A stretch of 64,000 nucleotides of DNA from an uncultured Gammaproteobacteria bacterium (GCA_964482695.1 CAYZYP010000002.1:46962-110961); one strand, 5' to 3'; shown: positions 9,203 to 18,171, counted from the first letter of the stretch. The notes: generated by a model from the letters alone, not told the origin. Made by a program: numbers and translations.

Positions 9203-9260
9203 ACATTCTTTTTCGCGCTGCGGACTTCGCCGCGACTGCGAAAAAGAATGTTTATGCGCC
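9194..9260. repeat. Fold-back element with 23-bp perfect IR between convergent genes; likely bidirectional terminator
   Basis: GGCGCATAAACATTCTTTTTCGC ... GCGAAAAAGAATGTTTATGCGCC, inner GCGG-ACTTCG-CCGC. Confidence 0.85.
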
Positions 9261-10706
9261 TTTTAAGTCGTAACTAATTTTAGTCATTATTGCCGTTAGT
9301 AGAATAATTCCCAAAACATGAAATAAAGCCGGTGAAGTGAGATTGATAATCAAAAGAGAAATAAGCATTGCTAAAATATATCTTTTATTTTTAATCCTAT
9401 ATTTTTTTAATATTAAAAATAAAAGATTAAAAATAAAAGATAACCAAATCAAAAATCCAACCATTCCCATTTCATCAATTATTTCCAAATACCCCCAGTC
9501 AAATTGAGTAGTGGTGATTTCTTTCTTAACGACTGGGCTATAGACAGTAACCGTGTCTCCCAAACCATTTCCCCAAAGTGGTTTTTGTTTTATTTTCTCC
9601 CAAATTTTTGGCAGTAGCATCATTCTTGATAGGGAGCTTTTTTCTATTGAAGGCGAGGCAATACTGCCAATTCGTAAGCCTAATAATTCCCAACCAAAAC
9701 TTTGTCCTCGGCTGGCGGCTAAATGAATAGATGAGAAAATTAAGATAAAAATAAAAATAGAACCAAGAGAATAAATAAGCCAGCGTTTCCAATATTGACG
9801 ACTAAATAAAAATAATAATCCGATCAAATAGGCTAGAATGTAAATACGAGTGAGGTTGAGAGAGAAAATGATAAGTAAAGACAAGATAATAAAATGATAA
9901 AATATTTTATCATTTTTGTCATCCCGAGCCACAGCGAGGGATCTCTGTCCGTTCACATAAGTATAGTTGGTATTTGTAGACAGAGATTCCTCGCTTCGCT
10001 CGGAATGACAGTCCTGTCTTGCAACTATTTGATAAATAAAATACAACAACACCGGCACTAACAACAAATGTTCATTAACTACCATCCGGTAAAAATTATT
10101 ATTTAAGTCAGTTATTTTGCCGCCAACAATATTTCTAAACCAATGATAATAGCTATCTTGCAACACTAAAATGTCAGAAGAATAGCTAATAAAAGTCAGT
10201 AAAACAAAAATTACATTGCCGATAATAGCCGCGCCGAGCATGGCAAAAGCCGTTTGTTTGAATTTTTCCGAATGCCATAACTCACATAAAGGAAAATAAT
10301 ACAAAAAGAAAAAATAGGGGATAGCGTCGGCAAAAATTTGGTGTGGATTATGGCCAGCATAATAACCAAGAGTAGAAGAAATAAAAACGATTAATAAAAT
10401 AGCTGAAAAAAGATAACAGATGATCTTGCTGTCTTTAAAAATTGTTTTGTATTTTTTATTATTTATTATCTGTATTGTATAAATTATTAATGAACAAATT
10501 AACAATAACGTTCTTAATGATGTCGAGTTAATGCTAAAAACCCCGCCCGCCCCGCCCAAAATAATTTCACCGGCAATAATATACCAACCACGTTCGTCTT
10601 TTTTTAAAAGTAAGTAAACAGTTGTGGCGAGTATAATAAAAGATAGAAAATAATTTATATACGACATTTCCGGGCTAAAAAAATACGAAAAAAGACGTGT
10701 GAACAC
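9252..10706 (-). CDS. O-antigen ligase/polymerase-like membrane protein with an in-frame palindromic insert
   Basis: Many TMs; SSLSRMMLL..W..I.QKPLWGNGLG and YLEIIDEMGMVG Wzy_C-like motifs; start uncertain. Confidence 0.75.
   Translation of the reverse strand: MFTRLFSYFFSPEMSYINYFLSFIILATTVYLLLKKDERGWYIIAGEIILGGAGGVFSINSTSLRTLLLICSLIIYTIQIINNKKYKTIFKDSKIICYLFSAILLIVFISSTLGYYAGHNPHQIFADAIPYFFFLYYFPLCELWHSEKFKQTAFAMLGAAIIGNVIFVLLTFISYSSDILVLQDSYYHWFRNIVGGKITDLNNNFYRMVVNEHLLLVPVLLYFIYQIVARQDCHSERSEESLSTNTNYTYVNGQRSLAVARDDKNDKIFYHFIILSLLIIFSLNLTRIYILAYLIGLLFLFSRQYWKRWLIYSLGSIFIFILIFSSIHLAASRGQSFGWELLGLRIGSIASPSIEKSSLSRMMLLPKIWEKIKQKPLWGNGLGDTVTVYSPVVKKEITTTQFDWGYLEIIDEMGMVGFLIWLSFIFNLLFLILKKYRIKNKRYILAMLISLLIINLTSPALFHVLGIILLTAIMTKISYDLKGA
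9917..10010. repeat. GTCATCCCGAG-type palindromic element (full copy) in frame in the ligase gene
   Basis: TGTCATCCCGAG..GAGGGATCTCTGTC ... GACAGAGATTCCTC..CTCGGAATGACA; encodes CHSERSEESL...RSLAVARDD. Confidence 0.85.
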
Positions 10707-10749
10707 GTAAATAAGAAAAAAATAAAATATGTTATATTTACTTATTATA

Positions 10750-11685
10750 TTATAATTTAAAATTATTAAGCTGCTTGTACCCGTTTATAAAATCCTTTGC
10801 TTTCATTGGCTTTTTTCCTTCCATTTGTAATTCTAAAATTTCTATACAGCCGCTATTACAACCGATAAAAATCTTTTCATCTTTATAAACCACTATCTTG
10901 TTTTCTATTTTTGCCTCGGATGGTTTGATTCTTAACAATTTTAATCTTTGATTTTTTACCTCTATATATATTCCCGGCCAAGGCGTTAACCCCCTGTATT
11001 GATTATAAATTTCCTGGGCTGTTTTATTAAAATCAACCAAGCCGTCTTCGCGCTTCAATATCTTGCAAAATGTAGCTTTTTTGTCATCTTGTGGTTTGGG
11101 GGAAATCTTACCGTCTACATAGGCTGGAATAGTGTTTAAAAGCATTTCAGAGGCCATTTTAGCGGCTTTAGCGTGTAAAGTGGTATAAGTGTCATCTGGC
11201 TCAATATTAAGCGTTTTTTGCGCCAAAATCGGCCCATGATCCATTTTTGCGTCAATGAGCATTATACTAACTCCGGTCTGGCTTTCACCATTTATTAAAA
11301 CCGATTGAATAGGCGATGGGCCGCGATATAAGGGGAGTAGAGAAGGATGAATATTGATAGACCCATGTTTGGGAATGTCTATTATATTTTGTGGAATAAG
11401 TAAGCCATAATCTACCACAATGTTTAAATCAATTTTTTTTGTCATCCCGAGGAGGTTCGCACCGACGAGGGATCTCTGTAATTTTTCCGGTTGCTCTATT
11501 TGCAAACCATGTTTTTGAGCCAAAAGTTTTACTGGTGGCAGTTGCAACTCTTGTTTACGCCCAACCGGCTTATCTGGTTGGGTAATAACTAGTTCAACCT
11601 TAACCAAAGGATTATTTATTAACCCTTGTAAAATCACAGTCGCGAAATCACCAGTACCAAAAAAGATGATGCTTATTTTTGTCAT
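10750..11685 (-). CDS. fmt: Methionyl-tRNA formyltransferase
   Basis: FFGTGDFA, TQPDKPVGRKQ, NIHPSLLPLYRGPSPIQ. Confidence 0.96.
   Translation of the reverse strand: MTKISIIFFGTGDFATVILQGLINNPLVKVELVITQPDKPVGRKQELQLPPVKLLAQKHGLQIEQPEKLQRSLVGANLLGMTKKIDLNIVVDYGLLIPQNIIDIPKHGSINIHPSLLPLYRGPSPIQSVLINGESQTGVSIMLIDAKMDHGPILAQKTLNIEPDDTYTTLHAKAAKMASEMLLNTIPAYVDGKISPKPQDDKKATFCKILKREDGLVDFNKTAQEIYNQYRGLTPWPGIYIEVKNQRLKLLRIKPSEAKIENKIVVYKDEKIFIGCNSGCIEILELQMEGKKPMKAKDFINGYKQLNNFKL
11437..11479. repeat. Half copy of GTCATCCCGAG element in frame in fmt
   Basis: 43 nt identical to 26851-26893. Confidence 0.9.
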
Positions 11686-11703
11686 ATTTTTTAATATTTA
11701 TCA

Positions 11704-11727
11704 GGGCGGGACATTTCCCGCCCCTAC
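11704..11727 (-). repeat. GTAG-type REP-like palindrome
   Basis: Minus strand GTAGGGGCGGGAAATGTCCCGCCC. Confidence 0.7.
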
Positions 11728-11737
11728 AATTATATCA

Positions 11738-11780
11738 TGTGAATAAAAATATTGACAATTATCGGTTTCAAAGGTATCTT
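11738..11780 (+). promoter_or_regulatory. Promoter of GC-rich orphan gene with DnaA box
   Basis: TGTGAATAA(11738), TTGACA(11752)-17bp-TATCTT(11775). Confidence 0.65.
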
Positions 11781-11808
11781 TTACCCAACCAACAACTGGA
11801 GGTGTGAA

Positions 11809-12192
11809 GTGAATAAAAAGCCTGTGTTAGTAGATTGGAAAGAGGCGTACGTAGAGCATGGGGGGCTACTTGTAGTCCCTATCCGCTCCGGAGATGGGAT
11901 GTACCTCGGGGAGCTTCGACTCCAGATGCACGAGAGGAGAACTTCTACCTCGCAGTCGCAACACTGGCATGGGAACATGGATGCCGGCGGCATCTGTATC
12001 ACCCCCGACGAGGAGGCTGCCCGCCGAGCAGCCACCCCGGACTCTGTGCGGCGGGAGGTTGGCCAGTTCGACCCTCCCACCCCCCCTACCATCAGCCCCA
12101 AGGTCGAGGACGCCCTCGACGCCGATCTGGCAAACGGTCCCACGCTTGAGGCCGTACCCTCCGGCCTCAAAGGCGATCCCAGCGGGATCTAG
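11809..12192 (+). CDS. GC-rich orphan hypothetical protein (127 aa)
   Basis: GGAGG SD upstream of GTG 11809; promoter upstream and hairpins downstream; composition unlike host. Confidence 0.6.
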   Translation: MNKKPVLVDWKEAYVEHGGLLVVPIRSGDGMYLGELRLQMHERRTSTSQSQHWHGNMDAGGICITPDEEAARRAATPDSVRREVGQFDPPTPPTISPKVEDALDADLANGPTLEAVPSGLKGDPSGI

Positions 12193-12231
12193 CCCCCCCC
12201 TCCGCTCCCACCCCCACGGTGAGAGCGCGCC

Positions 12232-12292
12232 CTTCGACTCTCACTAACCATAAATTTTAAAATAATTTAAAGTTTATGGCTAAGAGTCGAAG
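12232..12292. repeat. Imperfect long hairpin
   Basis: CTTCGACTCT..AACCATAAATTTTAAA-ATAA-TTTAAAGTTTATGGCT.AGAGTCGAAG. Confidence 0.7.
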
Positions 12293-12307
12293 AAAAAAAG
12301 TTAAAAT

Positions 12308-12338
12308 AAAATATCCCGACGAGAAGTCGGGATATTTT
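12308..12338. terminator. Bidirectional terminator-like hairpin (CCCGAC/GTCGGG family)
   Basis: AAAATATCCCGAC-GAGAA-GTCGGGATATTTT. Confidence 0.75.
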
Positions 12339-12360
12339 TAATTTTAGTCTTTACGCGTCA

Positions 12361-12458
12361 CGCCAGCGGAAAACACTTTTTGAGCGTTCCCGACTTGTTC
12401 GGGACGATTCAAAAAGTTTTTTCCGCTGGCGCAAGGAATAACATTTACGCGTATTTTT
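12361..12458 (+). mobile_element. Family-B fold-back element, copy 1
   Basis: CGCCAGCGGAAAA...TTTTCCGCTGGCG stem plus tail CAAGGAATAACATTTACGCGTATTTTT shared with 13108, 30572 and 33253. Confidence 0.65.
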
Positions 12459-12950
12459 CTATGCCTCTTTTTTTTCTATCTTTTGCAATTCCTTTGCCTT
12501 CTCAATAAACAAAATTCCATTCAAATGATCCACCTCGTGCTGAATAACTCGCGCCAAAATATCACTGGCTTTAAATTTTATCACCTCGCCATTTTTATTT
12601 AACGCTTCTATTTTTATTTTTTTATACCGCTTAACCTTGCCCCAAATTTCCGGCACTGACAAACACCCTTCCACATCCCATTCTTTAAGTAACGACGCCC
12701 GTTTCCATTTCGGATTTACCAAAACTAAATCTTCTTTTTTTTCTAACGTATAAATTTTTGCGATCACGCAAATAGCCACCGCTTGCCCCACTTGCGTTGC
12801 CGCCAACCCTGCGCCATCGGCTTTTAACATTGTTTCTATCATATTCTTAATCAAACGCTGTGTTTTCTTAACCAAAATTTCCTCTTTGGTGAGAGGTTTG
12901 GTTTTGGTATGGAGAATTGGATTAGGAGTGGTTATTATTGGCAGTAACAT
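12459..12950 (-). CDS. def: Peptide deformylase
   Basis: GAGLAATQVG, EGCLSV, QHEVDHLNG. Confidence 0.98.
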   Translation of the reverse strand: MLLPIITTPNPILHTKTKPLTKEEILVKKTQRLIKNMIETMLKADGAGLAATQVGQAVAICVIAKIYTLEKKEDLVLVNPKWKRASLLKEWDVEGCLSVPEIWGKVKRYKKIKIEALNKNGEVIKFKASDILARVIQHEVDHLNGILFIEKAKELQKIEKKEA

Positions 12951-12968
12951 AAATAATAAATTAAGTTA

Positions 12969-13151
12969 GCCAACGGAAATTAGGTACTAAATTTCTGTCG
13001 GCAATGGAAGCCCTCGGGAGGGCGACTGAGCGAACTCATAAACCGAGATTTTTTGATTGACGTTGAAGCGAAGGAGTCTTGCCGACAGAAATTTAGTACC
13101 TAATTTCCGTTGGCGCGATGGATATAATTTACGCGCGCTTCTTTGCGAAAA
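12969..13151 (+). mobile_element. Family-B fold-back element, copy 2 (36-bp perfect IR)
   Basis: 12969-13004 is the exact reverse complement of 13079-13114; conserved tail follows. Confidence 0.75.
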
Positions 13152-13153
13152 CT

Positions 13154-15076
13154 TTACAATTGCAACACTTCATTTGGATTAGGGTCAACCTTCCAATATT
13201 CCGGCACCCCAGAAAGCAACATCTTCACGTCACTTTTATAATTATCATACCTGATTTTTGCCAAAATCACCAGCCAATATTTACCCCCATAAAATTCCGG
13301 CGTGGTTTCCAAAGGACCAGATAATTTAATACCAGATTCGTTTTTTGTCAATTCAGACAATGTTTTAAAAACTTGACCAGCTTCATTTTCAACAACCTGT
13401 TTATTTACGTGGCCATAAAGCAATTTTAACAAAAAACGAAAAGGTGGATAGCCCAATATTTGTCGCCCTTTTAATTCTTGCTCATAAAATTTAAGTGGAC
13501 TACTTAAGGCGGTAAAAACCAAATGGTCAGGATGACTGGTTTGAATTAATAATTCAGCCTGTTTATTTAGTTTGTATTTAGCGTCGCGTAAATTATACCA
13601 CAAATTTTCATTTATTTTGTATTCCGGCACGAAGAGCGAAGTGTCCGCATCCAAAAAAACCATTAATTTTACCTTTTCCCAATCAACAAACGGCCAGGCC
13701 AGTTGCGTGCCAATAATTATTTTATTTCTATCATCACTAGTATTTTTATAAGCCATATCTTTCTGATCGCTATCTATCCGTACTACTTGCGTGTTATTTT
13801 TACCAACCATTAATTTCCTTATTTGATTTTCGGCCAGTTGCGTGCCTGCCCCCAGCATGTTCATGTTTATACCATGACATTTTTCACAATTTCTAGCCAT
13901 AAATTGTTTGTGACCGCAATAATGACAGCGCAAATTATTGTCGTTGTGAAACGTTAAAAGCAAATCACATTTAGGACATTTTAAAACTTGCCCACAATCA
14001 CGACAGCCAACATAGCCAGAAGCGCCTCTTCTGTTGAGAAAAACAAAAATGTCGCCATTTTTTACTTGTAAAATTTTTTCTGTTAATTTATTGCTAAAAC
14101 AACCATAATTGCCATAATGACGCTCGTCGCGCATGTCTATAATATTTATGTCTTGTTTTTTTTCTTTTTCTAAATTTGATTTAAATTTATTGATTGACTG
14201 TTGATTTAAAGTAGAAAGATTTGTAGATAAATATATTTTTTTCTTGGCAAAAAAATATGTTTCCACGCTTGGCGTGTGAGTTAATAAATGCAAAGTGGCG
14301 TTATGCTGTTTGGCCAAAAATAAAGCCGCGTCTCTGGTTTGATACCGTGGGGTCATATCCCAGCTTTTATAATTTGGATTAGATTCGTCCGTTAAAAAAA
14401 TATTTTCTAAATTATGCCACGGTAAAAATAACGCCCGACGCGTGCCAATTATTATTTTTTCACCTTCGTAAATTTGCCACCATTTTTTAAAAAGTTCTTT
14501 AGGGCTTAATTGACTAGAAATTATAATTGCTTTTTTTAACAAAGATTTTGGCAATTTATTTATGCTTTTTAATTCCGGAACTAAAATTAAATTTTGTTCT
14601 TTAACAGCTAAATTTTTTTTTAAATAATCATCCCGTTGTTTTTCTGTTTGATAAATAAAAAGCCTGGGTTTGGCCGTAAAAACAGCTTGTTTCAAGCTTT
14701 TGTTATTTTTAAATTTTAGTTCTAAACTGGCCAATTTCTTTTTTTGCAACGGCGGTAAATTTTCTTTAAGTAAAAATCCCAAAGAAGTGTGGTAAAATTC
14801 TGCCAAATCATTTAAAAAATTAATTTGCGGTAAAGATAATAGGGGACCAGAAAAAATAATTTTGCTAATTGATTTTGTTTTCTTCAATGCTTGTTCTGTA
14901 AAATTTTCTTTTTGTTTTACGGCGGCTATAACGCCAAAAATTTCCTTATTGCGGAAAGGAACAGCTGTTAACTGCCCAACCTTAATACTATCCGCTAATT
15001 CATCCGGCACCAAATAATCCAGCAATGATAAATAACGCGGCATGCGGCGAGGTAAAATAATTTTAGCGATAACCAT
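13154..15076 (-). CDS. priA: Primosomal protein N' (PriA) with degenerate helicase motifs
   Basis: N-terminal LDYLVP...VPFRNK; FLNRRG-CRDC-CPKC-CHYC-CEKC zinc region; YPPF; synteny with def/fmt. Confidence 0.9.
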   Translation of the reverse strand: MVIAKIILPRRMPRYLSLLDYLVPDELADSIKVGQLTAVPFRNKEIFGVIAAVKQKENFTEQALKKTKSISKIIFSGPLLSLPQINFLNDLAEFYHTSLGFLLKENLPPLQKKKLASLELKFKNNKSLKQAVFTAKPRLFIYQTEKQRDDYLKKNLAVKEQNLILVPELKSINKLPKSLLKKAIIISSQLSPKELFKKWWQIYEGEKIIIGTRRALFLPWHNLENIFLTDESNPNYKSWDMTPRYQTRDAALFLAKQHNATLHLLTHTPSVETYFFAKKKIYLSTNLSTLNQQSINKFKSNLEKEKKQDINIIDMRDERHYGNYGCFSNKLTEKILQVKNGDIFVFLNRRGASGYVGCRDCGQVLKCPKCDLLLTFHNDNNLRCHYCGHKQFMARNCEKCHGINMNMLGAGTQLAENQIRKLMVGKNNTQVVRIDSDQKDMAYKNTSDDRNKIIIGTQLAWPFVDWEKVKLMVFLDADTSLFVPEYKINENLWYNLRDAKYKLNKQAELLIQTSHPDHLVFTALSSPLKFYEQELKGRQILGYPPFRFLLKLLYGHVNKQVVENEAGQVFKTLSELTKNESGIKLSGPLETTPEFYGGKYWLVILAKIRYDNYKSDVKMLLSGVPEYWKVDPNPNEVLQL

Positions 15077-15145
15077 AAAAATAAAAATCCTAAACTCTAA
15101 ATCCTAAACAAATTTTAATTTAGGCAAGGTTTAGGATTTAAGAAA

Positions 15146-15940
15146 TTAGCTCAAAACAAAATTTGCTACCAAGTATCCTACGCCAAAAGGCGCTTCGTAC
15201 GAGTACTGCTTGTAGGTAAAATCAACATTACGCAAGATTCCCATAAGTATTAGTAAAGATCGAAAACCACATTCCGCGGCTTCTTCGACGAATTTTTTAT
15301 CCAAACGCAACATGCCGGCGGCGTTATTGTTGGCCAAAAGTTCTTGGATCTTGGCGTCAAATTCTGGGCCAGCTGGAGAAAAACCTGCTGGCGCGTCGGT
15401 CTGTAAAGCATGCGACAAATCGCCAGAAGCTATTACCGCCACTCTTTTATTAGATTCCGTTAAGCATTCTTTTAACATATAGCCGAAACCAAGATGCGTT
15501 TTCCAATCTAAATTACAAAAGCCAATTGGAATAATAGCTATTTGTGGCAAATGTTTGGCCAAGTAGTACAATGGTACTGCCGCGCCATGATCTAAATTTT
15601 GCTCGCTTATCATGGCGGCTGGAAAACTTTGGTCCCTGGTGCACTCTCTAATTTTTGAGGTTAAATTCATTTCTCCTTTAAATTTTATTCTGGTTGCTAA
15701 ATCACCGAATTCTTTTAGGTCTGTTTCATATTCAGAGAAATTATTAATTGTAAACGCGTCGTTAAAATAACTACCATGAGGCGAAATAATCAAAATAATT
15801 TCCGGGCGGCTCAAATACAAATCTTCTTCTAGTTGTTCCAAAGCTTGTTTTGTTTGCTCTACCTTTTTTACAGCTTCTTTACCTATGGTTGGGATAAGAA
15901 GCGGCGGGTGGGGGACAAAAGACGCAAAAACTAAAGACAT
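15146..15940 (-). CDS. AmmeMemoRadiSam protein B / Memo-LigB-like protein
   Basis: VPHPPLLIP, ISPH, LDHGAAVPL, ASGDLSH, AAECG, YEAPFGVGY. Confidence 0.85.
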   Translation of the reverse strand: MSLVFASFVPHPPLLIPTIGKEAVKKVEQTKQALEQLEEDLYLSRPEIILIISPHGSYFNDAFTINNFSEYETDLKEFGDLATRIKFKGEMNLTSKIRECTRDQSFPAAMISEQNLDHGAAVPLYYLAKHLPQIAIIPIGFCNLDWKTHLGFGYMLKECLTESNKRVAVIASGDLSHALQTDAPAGFSPAGPEFDAKIQELLANNNAAGMLRLDKKFVEEAAECGFRSLLILMGILRNVDFTYKQYSYEAPFGVGYLVANFVLS

Positions 15941-15954
15941 ATTGTTAGTTATAA

Positions 15955-18171
15955 TTATTTAGTTCCAGCGATTGTTAAATCTTGGGTAGAAATCCATTTG
16001 GCAATTTTATCCGGTTCAACAAAGCGATTGTTATAATCTGAATTACCCATAGTAATTACTACGTATTTTTTATTGTCACTCGTGCTTTTAATTAATAAGA
16101 ATAAAACCGCGCCAGCTTCTTCGGTATAACCAGTTTTGCTAGAAATAATTTCGTAATTACTATTATTAAAGGCTAGGCTATTGGTATTTTTAATCGAAAA
16201 ATAGTGTCCATTTGATGTGCCAAAATCATGTCTTTGTTTCCCCAGAATATTTTTAACATCAAAACTTTTTTCTAAAGAATAAGTAAATAATTTTAGTAAA
16301 TCACGCGGAGTGGAAACATTTTTTTCGCTCAGTCCGCTTACATCATCAAGAGAACTGTTAGAGGCGCCCCACTCTTTGAATCGTTGGTTGATTTTTTCTA
16401 CCAACTGCTTTTCTGTTAATCCAGTGGTTTGCACGGCTAGACGAGCGACGTTATTGTAAGATCCGATAAGCATAGTGTTTAAAACGTCTTTGTTGGTAAT
16501 TTTTGTGCCATCAGTTATCGCCAAACTATAACCTTCGGCGCCGTATTTTTTAGAGTCATAAACACTGGTTTTATTTTGATCAAAACCTTGTTGCAAAATT
16601 TCAAAGCCAACAAAAGTTTTAGTAAACGAAGCTATCGGTCTTTTGGTGTCAATATTTTTACCGGCGATTACTTTGCCGCTTGGATATTCGGCTACTATAT
16701 AAGCTGGCATATTAGTGCCGTATAAATCTTTAACACCAGTGGCCGCGTCACCCAAAAAAGCGTATTGAGTTTTGTTTAAATCAGTAACATCGATGCCACC
16801 AGAATAATAAATCGACTCGCCGTTTAAAATGGTCATGATAGCCGTAGAATCAACAGAAATTACGTTTTCTTTTTTATAACCCATGGCTAAAAAAGTTTTT
16901 TCATCGGCGAATTTTCTTTTTTTACCATCTTCCATGACATAAATATTGTTACTATCTTTGCTTTTAAATAAAGTACCGTCTTTAAATTGCAATGGGGAGT
17001 CAGCTAGTTTAAATTTGTTCAAATCGGCCAAAACATGCTTTTCAATTGTCAAAGTTTTGTAATCTGTTTGTACAATACCTTTGTCGGTAATAGAATAAGC
17101 AACACTATTTTTAATTAAATAATAAGAGTTGTTGTAATCAGTAATTTGATAAATAATTCCCTGGGGAGCGTACTCGACTTCGGTAATGGTAGAACCAATG
17201 GCTAAGCCGATTAAATCATTTTCATTAACAGTAATTATTTCTTCTGGGTTATAACCAATTTTTTTAACAACCGTGTCCGAAGCAAAAGGTCTTAAAGTAT
17301 CATAATCTAATAAATAGGTCGCCTTGGCTGTTTTAAGAAGCGAATAATTAGGAAAAGTTATGTCTGCTCCTAATTTATAATTAGACAATTCAGCGTCAGT
17401 AACAGTAATAATCATTTTGGGATCAGCGCGAGAGATTAAAACTGATTGGTTTTTAAATTTGCGGCGAGTGTTGTTTTGCACCAACCAAACATCGCTAGAC
17501 GAAGCTGATTTAAGCAAAGTGCCATTTGGGTAGCTTATTTGGAACCATTCTTGCCAAATTTTCCAAAAATTTTCATTGCCGTGTAAGTGGGGAGTATAGG
17601 TATACAAAAAGGCTGTTGCCCAACTTTTTGGTATAACAGATTGGCCGTCTATAACCGTTTCTTGATCTTTTTTCTTAACTATCGAAGAGCTTTGATTGTC
17701 GTAATACCAACGCATAAGCCCAGCGGAATTATCTACTTGTTTGCCAAAGCCTTTATATTTTTCTAGTTTTGGGTCGCTGGTATCACAACTGTCGCAAACA
17801 GCATAGCCTGTGGCCCAATCAAGCTGTTTGGCTTCTGGGGTTGGGTCGGTAATCAAACTCTGTTCTTTTTGCAAAGTAACTAATAAATATTTAGGGTTAA
17901 TGTTGTAGTTTTTAGAAGCGTCATAAATAATATCAGCAGCTGTTTTAGGTAATCCTTTGTAATCAACCGTAACATAATTGCTTAAATAGCTATTTTTATT
18001 ATGTAAAAAAGCGCTGATATCATTTCGCGACCAACTATTACAATCTTGAATTTCTTCGTCGGAAACAATAAAGTGCGGGTCAAAGGTAGTGGCGGCTAGA
18101 GTGGTGAAAGGAGAAAATAAAAAAGAAGTTATAATAAAGACATTAAAAATATGGAAAGTTTGTTTTTTCAT
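15955..18171 (-). CDS. Secreted multidomain protein with C-terminal D-Ala-D-Ala carboxypeptidase (S11) domain
   Basis: Signal peptide; RPIASFTK (SxxK), SYN, SKTGYT; N-terminal INPKYLLVTLQKEQSL...LYTYTPH domain. Confidence 0.8.
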   Translation of the reverse strand: MKKQTFHIFNVFIITSFLFSPFTTLAATTFDPHFIVSDEEIQDCNSWSRNDISAFLHNKNSYLSNYVTVDYKGLPKTAADIIYDASKNYNINPKYLLVTLQKEQSLITDPTPEAKQLDWATGYAVCDSCDTSDPKLEKYKGFGKQVDNSAGLMRWYYDNQSSSIVKKKDQETVIDGQSVIPKSWATAFLYTYTPHLHGNENFWKIWQEWFQISYPNGTLLKSASSSDVWLVQNNTRRKFKNQSVLISRADPKMIITVTDAELSNYKLGADITFPNYSLLKTAKATYLLDYDTLRPFASDTVVKKIGYNPEEIITVNENDLIGLAIGSTITEVEYAPQGIIYQITDYNNSYYLIKNSVAYSITDKGIVQTDYKTLTIEKHVLADLNKFKLADSPLQFKDGTLFKSKDSNNIYVMEDGKKRKFADEKTFLAMGYKKENVISVDSTAIMTILNGESIYYSGGIDVTDLNKTQYAFLGDAATGVKDLYGTNMPAYIVAEYPSGKVIAGKNIDTKRPIASFTKTFVGFEILQQGFDQNKTSVYDSKKYGAEGYSLAITDGTKITNKDVLNTMLIGSYNNVARLAVQTTGLTEKQLVEKINQRFKEWGASNSSLDDVSGLSEKNVSTPRDLLKLFTYSLEKSFDVKNILGKQRHDFGTSNGHYFSIKNTNSLAFNNSNYEIISSKTGYTEEAGAVLFLLIKSTSDNKKYVVITMGNSDYNNRFVEPDKIAKWISTQDLTIAGTK

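Noticed and set aside
11781-12247. Three alternative overlapping ORFs in the GC-rich island
   Set aside because: Expected by-product of high GC; only the 11809 frame has a promoter, SD and downstream hairpins.
12232-12292. Integron attC site / integron with the tyrosine recombinase
   Set aside because: Ends are CACTAAC/GCTAAGA rather than RYYYAAC/GTTRRRY; no cassette array; the recombinase looks like Xer, without an evident IntI-specific insertion.
12969-13114. CRISPR repeats (36-bp length)
   Set aside because: Repeats are inverted pairs, not direct repeats with spacers; no cas genes.
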